DNA of 25,933 nt, from positions 1-25,933 of the forward strand of contig CAZUFC010000111.1 of assembly GCA_964619725.1 (NCBI GenBank), read 5' to 3'. How positions within the stretch are numbered: position 1 is the stretch's first letter; every line of letters begins with the position of its first letter. The stretch is from an uncultured bacterium. GTDB taxonomy: Bacteria > CSSED10-310 > CAZUFC01. This document shows, piece after piece, positions 9,701 through 16,241 of the stretch. The notes below the pieces were generated by a model. The model did no database searches and was not told where the DNA came from. It worked only from the letters and a program-made list of their open reading frames with translations. A program made the translations under genes and the position numbers.

Positions 9701-11483
9701 TGTAATTGATCTGATTCTGGTCGATCACAGGCATTGAACTGTTGCCGCAGTAAATCCCGCCGCCGGTATCCCCAACATTATTTTCAATAGTATTCATTTG
9801 AATAAGAGGACTGGAGCTTTTGTCGCAGGCTATGCCGCCGCCGTACATTCCCATCATCGACATCGAGTTGTTTTCGGAAATGGTATTGCCCGTTATCTGA
9901 GGCGATGAACCGTCCAGGCAGATTCCGCCGCCGGACGTCATGCCTTCGTTATACTGAATATCATTGTCGGTTATAGGCGGATCAGAAGACAGAAGGTATA
10001 TGCCGCCTCCCGAATCGCTGTAGTTCTCATAGATCGTATTGCCGGAAATGTTGAAACCGGTCGCATTTTCGCATGCTATGCCCCCTCCGTACATTCCCGT
10101 CATCATCGACTGATTATTCCGGGTGATCTGATTGTTCGTGATCCCCGGCGCAGCAGAATTGCAATAGATGCCGCCGCCCGTATCGCCGTAATTGTCCTCT
10201 ATGTTGTTATTGTCGATCACTGGAGCCGAACCGTTCTCACAGGAAATGCCGCCTCCGTACATGCACATCATACCCATGGTGTTGTTCCAGGAGATCGTAT
10301 TGTCGGAAATTTGAGGACTTGAACCGTCCAGGTAAATCCCCCCGCCGGACGTCATGGCGTCATTGTAATCGATATTGTTATACTGGATCGTCGCATCGGA
10401 GGAGTTGCAATAGATGCCGCCGCCCATATCGCTGGAATTATTGCTTATCATGCAGTAAGTGATCGTGGGCATTGACCCGTTCTCGCACGCTATGCCTCCA
10501 CCGTACATTCCCATCATGTATTCATTGTTTCTGTTGATCTGGTTGTTGTAAACCGTCGGGGATGAACTGTCGCAATAAATCCCGCCGCCCGTCTCGGCAA
10601 TGTTCTCCTCTATGGTGTTCCCCTCAATATTGGGACTCGAACCGTTCTCGCAATATATCCCTCCTCCGTAATTCCCCCAAAGGGCCGTCTGATTGTTGCG
10701 TACTATCTGATTGTTGCTGATTTCAGGCGAAGAAGCGTCCAGATAGATGCCGGCCCCACTCATTCCGTCGTTCTGATCAATCTCGTTGCCTGTTATCGTC
10801 GGCGTTGATGATGAACAGAGTATCCCGCCGCCGTATTCCGAATAACTGTCGCTGATAGTGTTGTCGCTTATTTGCGGGCCCGAATCGCTTTCACAACCTA
10901 TCCCGCCGCCTGCATATGCCTCATTATAATCAAAATCATTGTTCTGGATGTTCGGGGATGAACCAGAACAATATATGCCGCCGCCCAGATTGTCCGCCGT
11001 GTTGCTCTCCAGGTAATTCTCCCGGATGTCCGCATCGGCCCCGTTCATGCAACCTATTCCCCCGCCGTTCATCGCTGAATTATTGACGATATAATTATTC
11101 GTTATCGTCGGGGACGATCCGTCGCATAATATCCCGCCGCCTTCACTCATCGCCGCGCCGCTCGTTATTGTGAAACCGTTGATCACCGCAGCGGATGTCT
11201 CTCCGCTGCTGAAAACCACTGCACTGTCCGTCATGTCACCCTCTATTGTGCAGGAAGAGTACCCGTTCTCGCTCGTCAGGACGACATTCTTACCGTTGAA
11301 ATTAATGTTTTCGTTATACGTCCCGTCCTCAACGTATATCGTGTCCCCGTCCATGACCGACGGATCATCCAGCGCCTCCTGAATCGTTGAAAAATCCGTC
11401 ATTACATACCAGTCTGCGCCCTGCGCTGGCCAGACCAGCAGACTGGTGAGGATCAGCCCCAAAATACAATAGCGACCAGTCAT
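3720..11483 (-). CDS. Giant secreted/cell-surface protein: signal peptide, right-handed parallel beta-helix repeats, Pro/Thr stalk, CARDB, Ig/FN3-like, carboxypeptidase-regulatory-like domain, second Pro/Thr stalk, IPTL-CTERM-like sorting tail
   Basis: Signal peptide ending PAQG-A; dozens of GGGIxC..SSPxIxxNxIxxN coils; ADLEIT...DELNENNNEA (CARDB); ITGYVR...PIEGATVTA...GYY...GTYNVTAGADGY; C-terminal IPAFSGLGIFALLVLFACAIL plus RKLLKERK. AAGGAGG RBS upstream. Confidence 0.9.
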   Translation of the reverse strand: MTGRYCILGLILTSLLVWPAQGADWYVMTDFSTIQEALDDPSVMDGDTIYVEDGTYNENINFNGKNVVLTSENGYSSCTIEGDMTDSAVVFSSGETSAAVINGFTITSGAAMSEGGGILCDGSSPTITNNYIVNNSAMNGGGIGCMNGADADIRENYLESNTADNLGGGIYCSGSSPNIQNNDFDYNEAYAGGGIGCESDSGPQISDNTISDSYSEYGGGILCSSSTPTITGNEIDQNDGMSGAGIYLDASSPEISNNQIVRNNQTALWGNYGGGIYCENGSSPNIEGNTIEENIAETGGGIYCDSSSPTVYNNQINRNNEYMMGMYGGGIACENGSMPTITYCMISNNSSDMGGGIYCNSSDATIQYNNIDYNDAMTSGGGIYLDGSSPQISDNTISWNNTMGMMCMYGGGISCENGSAPVIDNNNIEDNYGDTGGGIYCNSAAPGITNNQITRNNQSMMTGMYGGGIACENATGFNISGNTIYENYSDSGGGIYLLSSDPPITDNDIQYNEGMTSGGGICLDGSSPQITGNTISENNSMSMMGMYGGGIACDKSSSPLIQMNTIENNVGDTGGGIYCGNSSMPVIDQNQINYNNQMAMMGMYGGGIACESMSNATITNNTVDGNYSDSGGGIYCSSSDVQIEGNTITTNDGQSYGGGIYVESCNPNIIDNNIDYNNGMMNGMYGGGIACLSGAEPTIQGNTISDNNGDTGGGIYCSGSSPLIDTNTITMNNQMMMMGMFGGGIALEDSSNAMITNNNVDGNYSDAGGGIACRNSEPAITNNEIMNNDGTSMGGGIYLEDCSPDIVDNHIWQNNAMMMMGMYGGGIACAGSVNSTIQGNTIEDNQAESGGGIYCDGSSPTITNNEISMNNLMMMMGMYGGGIYCANGAVPVIQGNTIEYNYSDYGGGIACTSSDPPIDDNQINGNEAMSGGGGIYLEYSSPQIGAMTPNTINENMSMQGGGINCETDSNAAIMNNTISMNSGSEGGGIYCSESQPQIHGNTIDSNEADSTGGGISCDGASPTVTNNTISNNGMMMMVMSGGGIFCDNSAEPLISGNTIQANTAYSGGGIFCTNVSIPHITGNTIHSNEGDAGAGIYCEMASDCEINGNEFRWNGTWSIGGGALYCDQSSPTVYDNLMTDNTTNIVGHGGAVYLTASNPLITDNNISENEGLSGGGIYCTSESSPTITNNFIAKNTGDQGGAVYMESLCNPEIVNNLFIDNYCTSTGGGVLDIRSSASPTVTNNTMTNNSSDYVGAVYGYDSAEGAFTNNIIWGNTSVYGYYDEMALEESSSFTVSHCDVAGGQAGVYVDGTSVLTWGAGNIEADPEFAGSYYDLSHIAAGQMTTSPCVDAGSDLSANICYTNEAGSICLSELTTRTDAVADLGTVDMGFHDDEGVVYYTPTVAPSETPVPTETPVPTETPVPSDTPEPTETPVPSDTPEPTETPVPTDTPTDVPTDTPTDTPTETPTDTPTDTPTETPSETPSETPTESPTATATETPTITQTPTITSTPTNSPTRTPSPLPTDTFSPTPMPTFTPTPLPTDTPTPAADLEITSQSISFDPVAPLEGELTIITVEVHNIGNLPCDPFTVRFYEDDGTGPVQIGSDQLMWGLEVNDTATAAEFWTAACDVRIIVEVDVLEEIDELNENNNEAEKGDPIQYCIGGVAVGIDPEEDTATVGGVAEFTVTVDNSNMGIDIFDLAVSGDLPASWHTLEPAQLTLNAGESGVAVLTVEIPDSCSSVDTYPFEVTAASSVLGEDYSCEAVLDVGGNVEISQRYPQDGITSGSNEVTFSWHTSDIANTWLHYRIVGEPVWLIVPVGQDETQHELEVESLARNETYEWFIHSVSLCGEFDSEIWTFEVGNGVVFTEDNYVFTVERDYDQHVFVGVENQDVVSHTVELHIDNPHEELIVNFVGPGSEDETVTLLPGEVMDIELVIHAQDVQAGNDKPLEVCFATTLTLVADEDGDPITDSAPTDICVQWPDVYFLVTEENSDPVSEIKECRVANMSDPVTDMTVVAQNGLIGNVLFVPRIEHYRMGAGSNLDFYVEPLFELGETLIQGDLHAEAGGVEQTLPLTFECEAPRQVFEAVVAEPKLCYTMANWFCTNRPNINMHFDVSLGSEAVVGAAMFTTFNPRPDVRRHYIKLYINNHLIGELNDLIPRGTYGFAFDPGYLNINPDGSASNTFSIRTQHFNGGHYVVSTNSMCVLRLDSIMVNICAGSQQEADDIAQELPQFCEGYSIDLPPRILEVKITNPEGDTMNVFYPGETARIQVRAENPHPFNAYDLACTMKVDTDGNLSEPEYDSHEEDEDGMMSLNPNENEWYSFYWPVTDESADIMVALELHDADDYEVCYDCPGYDWSFHVGGGITGYVREYGSLSPIEGATVTASGGKSDADGSNPAGYYDILRLQNGTYNVTAGADGYVPQTLSGLEVDMNILVNQDFELVKATETPTPTITMTPTFTLTPTVTQTPTVTLTPTVTQTPTITIPPTVTSTPTITQTPTITNTPTISPTRTATATRTGTPTQSPTLTPSETPTPSYSPTSSWTPTITQTPTPAPIPAFSGLGIFALLVLFACAILGNRKLLKERK
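3822..4150 (-). repeat. Thr/Pro-rich hexapeptide repeats (TPTxTx), C-terminal stalk
   Basis: TPTITMTPTFTLTPTVTQTPTVTL... in the translation. Confidence 0.9.
6845..7290 (-). repeat. Pro/Thr-rich stalk (TPVPTE, PTDT, TPTIT) with a near-perfect 36-nt tandem repeat at 7144-7236
   Basis: ggtaccggcgtctc(c/t)gt(c/g)ggctcaggagtgtc(g/a)ctc starts at 7144 and 7180, with a partial third copy at 7216. Confidence 0.9.
7660..11145 (-). repeat. Beta-helix coil array with a 414-nt (138-aa, 5-coil) super-repeat
   Basis: Equivalent Met codons of MYGGG lie at 10260, 9846, 9432 and 9018, each 414 nt apart. Confidence 0.85.
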
Positions 11484-11683
11484 TGAGTCCTCCTTCTGAA
11501 AATTGTCAATGTTCTTGAAAAAAATACATCAAAATCAAATACATCCCTACGCCAAACTCGAATCTCTGAAACTCTTCACCCTGCGATTGTTGCCCTTGAT
11601 TAACCCCGCAATTGGACCTTCATCATTTATTAAAGCAAAAAATTATTAAAAGCAAATTCTTCGCAACTTATTTTTTAATTTAA

Positions 11684-11730
11684 GCCTGTCCGGAAACTCT
11701 CCTTAACTCCGCATGCCCAAACAGACAGGC
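11684..11730. repeat. Intergenic palindromic element, copy 2 (GCCTGTC-N33-GACAGGC)
   Basis: 7-bp perfect arms at 11684-11690 and 11724-11730, about 20 bp after the stop of the ATP-grasp paralog. Confidence 0.7.
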
Positions 11731-11749
11731 GCCGATCCCCAAAAAAAGA

Positions 11750-12781
11750 TCAGCCGGATATATCTTTGAAATTTTTATGGTCCAAAAGATCGTCAACGGC
11801 ATAATGCGAAAAAACGATTCCTAAAGGATAATCCCCCCGTGATTCGTGATTCGCACTTTTACCTTGTACTGCTGACAGTATCCACTCAGCCGCCGGATTA
11901 TACCCCATTTGCGACCATATTCCGCTCCAGCTCGGAAAACCGGGCTCGATATTTTTCAGAAGATATCCATCACTCTGGGTCGAAAAAAAATTCACTGTAA
12001 AAGGCGCCGGGCAGCTCAACGCCTCACACAATTTCTGCAATATCGCCTCCAGCGAAGGATCGCGGAACGTTATCCCCATCCAGGGTATTCCGTAATCATT
12101 CTCAATTATGTGCCTGACCGAAAATGACTTAAGAAATGCGCCCTTCTCATCAGGCAGAATCAGAGCAGAACCTTTAAATCCTTCCGGTTCCTGGTAAAAA
12201 AACAGAAAATCTTGAGAGGCGAATTTTGCTCTTAAAGCTTCGACGTCCTGCCGCATAGATACTTTGTATCTTCGTCCTTCCGCGGTCTCGAGATAAATCG
12301 CTTTTGCAGAAGAAAAAATCTTCAGGTCTAAAGTATCCAGGGGTTTGAGCAATTGCCCGGGCACAAGAGGCAATCTTTCTTCCATCGCCAGGTTCCGGAA
12401 AAATTCCTGGAAAAATAAAGGAAGCTGATCCTTTGAGGGCAAGCGAACCCTCAAACCTCTTGAACGGAAATCGGCCTTTGCTGAAACGGCGGCGGTAATT
12501 TCATTTTTCCTTCCCGGAAGAAAAAGTTGAAAACGATCTTTCTCATGAGCTTGCAAAATAGCTTCTGCCCAACTGCCGGCATCATCATCAGGGTTCGGCG
12601 CATTTATCAAAGCATCCCATAATCCGGGATAAAATGCGCCGGATTCCTTATGATCTTCGACCACGCCCGTCAGTCTTACGGTAAATCGACTATTGCTTTT
12701 AAGGCTTAAAGCGAGTCCGACTGCTGCAGAAGGCGTATCGGAATTCATCAAACCTGAAAGAGCGATATGAAATTTTTTCAT
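11750..12781 (-). CDS. Degenerate ATP-grasp-like paralog (probable pseudo-enzyme)
   Basis: Aligns by eye end to end with 12778..13830 (FHIALSGLMNSDTPSAAVGLALSLK vs ITVGITGMDSLENPYPGLAVASCLK; FPSW vs FPAW; YPLGIVF vs YRPGALF). ATG at 12781 overlaps the upstream stop (ATGA). The ExNxR motif is replaced by NIEPG. Confidence 0.75.
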   Translation of the reverse strand: MKKFHIALSGLMNSDTPSAAVGLALSLKSNSRFTVRLTGVVEDHKESGAFYPGLWDALINAPNPDDDAGSWAEAILQAHEKDRFQLFLPGRKNEITAAVSAKADFRSRGLRVRLPSKDQLPLFFQEFFRNLAMEERLPLVPGQLLKPLDTLDLKIFSSAKAIYLETAEGRRYKVSMRQDVEALRAKFASQDFLFFYQEPEGFKGSALILPDEKGAFLKSFSVRHIIENDYGIPWMGITFRDPSLEAILQKLCEALSCPAPFTVNFFSTQSDGYLLKNIEPGFPSWSGIWSQMGYNPAAEWILSAVQGKSANHESRGDYPLGIVFSHYAVDDLLDHKNFKDISG

Positions 12782-13830
12782 TTTTTCCACGATATTGTCC
12801 CGCTGGAAGCAAGTCCGGCGAATTCTGAAAATTCAGCGGCGGCGATATTGATGTTTCTGAAGAACAGGGCTCCAGGGCGATACTCACTTTCCGGCAAATC
12901 CATCCCCAGAGCGCGACAAACGGTCATATAGGGGAAATTAATTCCTGCTTTCACACATAGGGCGACCCAGGCCGGAAATCTTGCGTTCATCTCCAGCAGG
13001 TAATAAGTTCCCGTTGAGGCTTCACGCATTAACTCAAGTTCACATGGTCCCACCCATTGCAGTTTTCTCAATGTTCGTTCGGCATATTCCCTTAGTTCTC
13101 CGGAATCAAGCGCTAACCCTGAAAAAGCTTTTCCCCGTCCGGTTATGCCGAATTTCCTCATGGGTAAAACAGCAAGCGGTTTATGATCCCTGTCCGCTAT
13201 CGCCATTATGTCATATTCGTCTCCGACGATGCGCCGCTGAACTATTACGGGATAACCCCAGTCATTCAATATACGCCGGTAAAAATATTTTGCTTCAGCA
13301 AGATTTTCAGCCTTTTCCGCATCAATTATCGAACCTTTTATATACAAAGGAAAACTGAATCTCTGTTCAATGCTGTCCAGTTGTTCCTCGTAATTTAATA
13401 TCTCCGTCAACGGCGTCGGGATGTTTTCTCTCCTGCAAGTGTGAAGCAGACTCGTCTTAGCCCTGCTTTTCACTGCACGCTCCGAAGGAATTAAAGTACG
13501 TATGCCCAACTCATCCAATTCGTTCCGGATTCTCGCGTAAAGCGCTATCTCTGAATCCAGCGCCGGAATAAGAACGTCAATAGGATTCTCCTTCTGCAAC
13601 TTCATATAACCGCTAAGCATGACTGTCTCCGAATCGCTAGGATAGGGAATCAGAACGACGGAATCAATCGCTTCCCGGCAGTATATGCCGGTCGTCGTAG
13701 GTTCATACGTCAACGCTCTTACATGGATATCCGCCCCCTTTACCGCCTTTAAACAGGAGGCTACCGCCAGACCGGGATAAGGATTCTCCAGAGAATCCAT
13801 TCCTGTTATTCCTACAGTTATCCTTCTCAT
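12778..13830 (-). CDS. ATP-grasp domain carboxylate-amine ligase
   Basis: IDVLIPALDSE; FPLYIKG (ATP-binding Lys); YPVIVQRRIVGDEY; GPCELE; YYLLEMNARFPAW (ExNxR). Start overlaps the PqqD-like stop (ATGA at 13827-13830). Confidence 0.9.
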   Translation of the reverse strand: MRRITVGITGMDSLENPYPGLAVASCLKAVKGADIHVRALTYEPTTTGIYCREAIDSVVLIPYPSDSETVMLSGYMKLQKENPIDVLIPALDSEIALYARIRNELDELGIRTLIPSERAVKSRAKTSLLHTCRRENIPTPLTEILNYEEQLDSIEQRFSFPLYIKGSIIDAEKAENLAEAKYFYRRILNDWGYPVIVQRRIVGDEYDIMAIADRDHKPLAVLPMRKFGITGRGKAFSGLALDSGELREYAERTLRKLQWVGPCELELMREASTGTYYLLEMNARFPAWVALCVKAGINFPYMTVCRALGMDLPESEYRPGALFFRNINIAAAEFSEFAGLASSGTISWKK

Positions 13831-14090
13831 TCCGTCTCAACCAGTCCCTTTCTTTCAAGCTCCAGAAAAAAATTTTTGACTTCTTCACGAACGTCGCACC
13901 CTTCAGTTTCGTACGTTTCATGAAGTTTTAAAACCGCTGCGTTCATTGCCGGATTCCGCTCAATCGCCTTCAGTAAAAAAACGCCTACTTCGTTGATCCG
14001 GTAGGCCCTCCCTCTCCTTCCGTCAAAAAGTACCCCCACATTTTGATCTAAACTGCAACGAACATCCGGCGACAACCTGATTTTTTCCAT
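13827..14090 (-). CDS. Stand-alone PqqD-family / RiPP recognition element (RRE) protein, 87 aa
   Basis: GVLFDGRRGRAYRINEVGVFLLKAI...LHETYE...VREEVKNFFLELERKGLVE matches the PqqD pattern of three strands then three helices. AGAGG RBS 7 nt before the ATG at 14090. The longer ORF start overlaps the TPR gene. Confidence 0.88.
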   Translation of the reverse strand: MEKIRLSPDVRCSLDQNVGVLFDGRRGRAYRINEVGVFLLKAIERNPAMNAAVLKLHETYETEGCDVREEVKNFFLELERKGLVETE

Positions 14091-14151
14091 GCGGCAACCT
14101 CTTTTTGATCTTATATGTTGAGCAGAAGTTTTTCCTCTTTTCTGAAAACAG

Positions 14152-16158
14152 TCACTGACTTTTCGAATTTTTATCCCGGGAGAGTTTCTTATCAAGTTCG
14201 CCAAGCCCCTCCTTCGCCTCCTGATATTCGGGCGCCAGACTTAGCGCCTGTTCGAAGGCCCTTCTCGCCTGTTCGAGATATGAAAGCTTTAAAGCGGCCC
14301 AGCCCAGTCCGTTCCACGCCTCGTAAAGGTCGGCCTTCGCCTGAGTAATTTCTTCAAATATTTTATGAGCTTCCAGATAATTACCCTGTTCGTAGAGAAT
14401 ATCCGCATATTGGATGCGATAATCAGGTTCATCGGGAAAATCTTTCATGAGGGACTGGTAAAGCTTGGCCGCCTGACTGTATTTATTCCGTTTCAATATT
14501 GTCTGTGCCAACCCGTCGCGGGCAAACGGATTCTCCGGGGATAACTCAATAACCTTTTTAAAAGCTTCTTCCGCTCGATCAAGTTCCTTGACCCTCAAAT
14601 AAGACCACCCCAGGCCGCTGTAGACCTTCCACTGTTCTTCTTCGTCCAGATGTTTCCAGTCATTTTCTATGCTCTTTTTAAACTGACCGATCGCTTCCTC
14701 GTAACGTTCTTCGTAAAAACTGCTCCACCCGCTGCTGTAATTCTGCTTGTAATGCTGCAATACCGCATTCTTCCCATTAATTGCGTCCTGATAATTAGGA
14801 TTTATGCTTAACGCTTTCGTAAAGCTCTCCAAAGAGGCTTCATACTCCTCTTTTTTCAGTTTGCACCATCCCAGTCCCGAAAGCAGGTCTATCCATTTCG
14901 GATGCGCTTCAAGACCTTTCTCGAACTGCTCCTCGGCTTCCTCATATTTTTCCTGGTAGTAGTAAGACCAGGCCAGGGTTGAACGGGCATTCGTTTTTAT
15001 GGTGAATGAACTTACCGATCCGGATAGCGTTACGTTCTGCTCGACTTCTATCGGATCGGAAATGACCGATAAATAATATTTCAGAGTATCGATCGCTTTG
15101 TCGTACTGTTCGAGCTGGAAATATGCATATCCCAGTCCTAGAAATAATCCTGAATCTTCCGGCATCTTCTGCAGACCATACATGAAAGTGTCCAATGCGG
15201 ACTTGTAATTTTCATACCGGTAATAACTCCAGGCAAAATCGCTGTACAAATCCCACCAATCCTCACGTCCGTTTATAACCTGAAATAAGAAAGAAACTGA
15301 CTGATGCTGAGGATTCAGTTCAATGGCTTTCCTGAATTCCTTTTTCGCTTCCGTAAATTCCGACTGCCGGTAACTGCTCCAACCGATGCCGTAATGAGCG
15401 TCCGCCAGGTAGGGATTCAATTCTGCTGCTTTCATAAATTCTTTTTCAGCCTGTTCATATTCATTTTTATAATAATAATTCCATCCGATAAAAGATCGTA
15501 CATCCGCCCATTCGGGTTCCTTTTCAGCCGTTCTGTTCAATATTTTCAGAGACTCATCATATTTTTGATGAAAAAACAAAGACAAGCCCTTGCCTTTCAA
15601 AGCATATGCGTTGTTCGGCGAAACAGCCAGAATCTTCTCAAATGATTCGATGGCTTTCTGATAATTCTGCAGATAATAATAAGACCAACCCAATCCGCTG
15701 TGTACCTGCCATGAATCGTCAGGAGGCAATCGGCCCGAATCGTCCTCCAATATCTCCTTAAACGCCTTGTACGCCTTATGATATTCTCCGTTGTAAAAAT
15801 GATTCCAGGCTGAGTTAAAGGGAAGGTATCTCCATTTTTTCACAGCGGTTATCCCCTCCATGGCGCTTTGATCCTGCGGATTCAATTTAAGCGCCTTTTC
15901 AAAAGCATGCTGTGCATCGATGTATTCCCCAAGCCAGTAGTAACTCCAACCCAATCCAGTGAGAGGTTCCGCTATGAAAGGATTCTTCTGTGCAGCCTTC
16001 TTGAATTCGACTACGGCTTTGGAATATTCTCTCTGCTGGAAAAACTTCCACCCCTCTTCCAACTCCGCAGCAGTTATTCTTAAAGCGGGTATGGCCGATA
16101 ATCCCAGCACGACGGCTTTAAAAAGCGACCTTTTTAATTGCTTCAATCTCTTTTTCAT
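14152..16158 (-). CDS. Tetratricopeptide-repeat protein with probable signal peptide; aromatic GLGWSYY-type repeats
   Basis: Basic then hydrophobic N-terminus; repeated GLGWSYY...Y..A...F.KA..LNP units; GAGGG RBS. Confidence 0.9.
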   Translation of the reverse strand: MKKRLKQLKRSLFKAVVLGLSAIPALRITAAELEEGWKFFQQREYSKAVVEFKKAAQKNPFIAEPLTGLGWSYYWLGEYIDAQHAFEKALKLNPQDQSAMEGITAVKKWRYLPFNSAWNHFYNGEYHKAYKAFKEILEDDSGRLPPDDSWQVHSGLGWSYYYLQNYQKAIESFEKILAVSPNNAYALKGKGLSLFFHQKYDESLKILNRTAEKEPEWADVRSFIGWNYYYKNEYEQAEKEFMKAAELNPYLADAHYGIGWSSYRQSEFTEAKKEFRKAIELNPQHQSVSFLFQVINGREDWWDLYSDFAWSYYRYENYKSALDTFMYGLQKMPEDSGLFLGLGYAYFQLEQYDKAIDTLKYYLSVISDPIEVEQNVTLSGSVSSFTIKTNARSTLAWSYYYQEKYEEAEEQFEKGLEAHPKWIDLLSGLGWCKLKKEEYEASLESFTKALSINPNYQDAINGKNAVLQHYKQNYSSGWSSFYEERYEEAIGQFKKSIENDWKHLDEEEQWKVYSGLGWSYLRVKELDRAEEAFKKVIELSPENPFARDGLAQTILKRNKYSQAAKLYQSLMKDFPDEPDYRIQYADILYEQGNYLEAHKIFEEITQAKADLYEAWNGLGWAALKLSYLEQARRAFEQALSLAPEYQEAKEGLGELDKKLSRDKNSKSQ

Positions 16159-16170
16159 TCGTTTCCCTCT

Positions 16171-16241
16171 TCACATGTGAGATGAGGAGAATATTCTCCC
16201 AGTCAGCATTTTTAATATCCCATCCAAGCTCATGGTGTCAA
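16171..16241 (-). promoter_or_regulatory. Putative promoter (TTGACA-N18-TATTAA on the minus strand) followed by two perfect palindromes (candidate operators)
   Basis: TGTCAA at 16236-16241, TTAATA at 16212-16217, GGAGAATATTCTCC at 16186-16199, TCACATGTGA at 16171-16180. Confidence 0.5.

Noticed and set aside
11484-11749. RiPP precursor ORF downstream of the ATP-grasp genes
   Set aside because: The minus-strand ATG ORFs I read here are tiny (MRS*, MMKVQLRG*) and lack leader- or core-like features.
12778-13830. carB, ddl, rimK or canonical graspetide synthetase assignment
   Set aside because: Single 350-aa ATP-grasp without features specific to those families that I can recognise, and no repeat-core precursor nearby. 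The Thr/Glu-rich stalk of the giant protein looks like an ordinary linker.
13827-14090. PQQ biosynthesis or lasso-peptide cluster
   Set aside because: No pqqA/B/C/E, asparagine-synthetase-like cyclase or transglutaminase-like protease in the window.
14091-14204. Longer ORF-track starts for the RRE (14204), otsAB (20854) and TPR (16299)
   Set aside because: The extensions overlap neighbouring genes or regulatory DNA. Downstream ATGs fit family N-termini or RBS position better.
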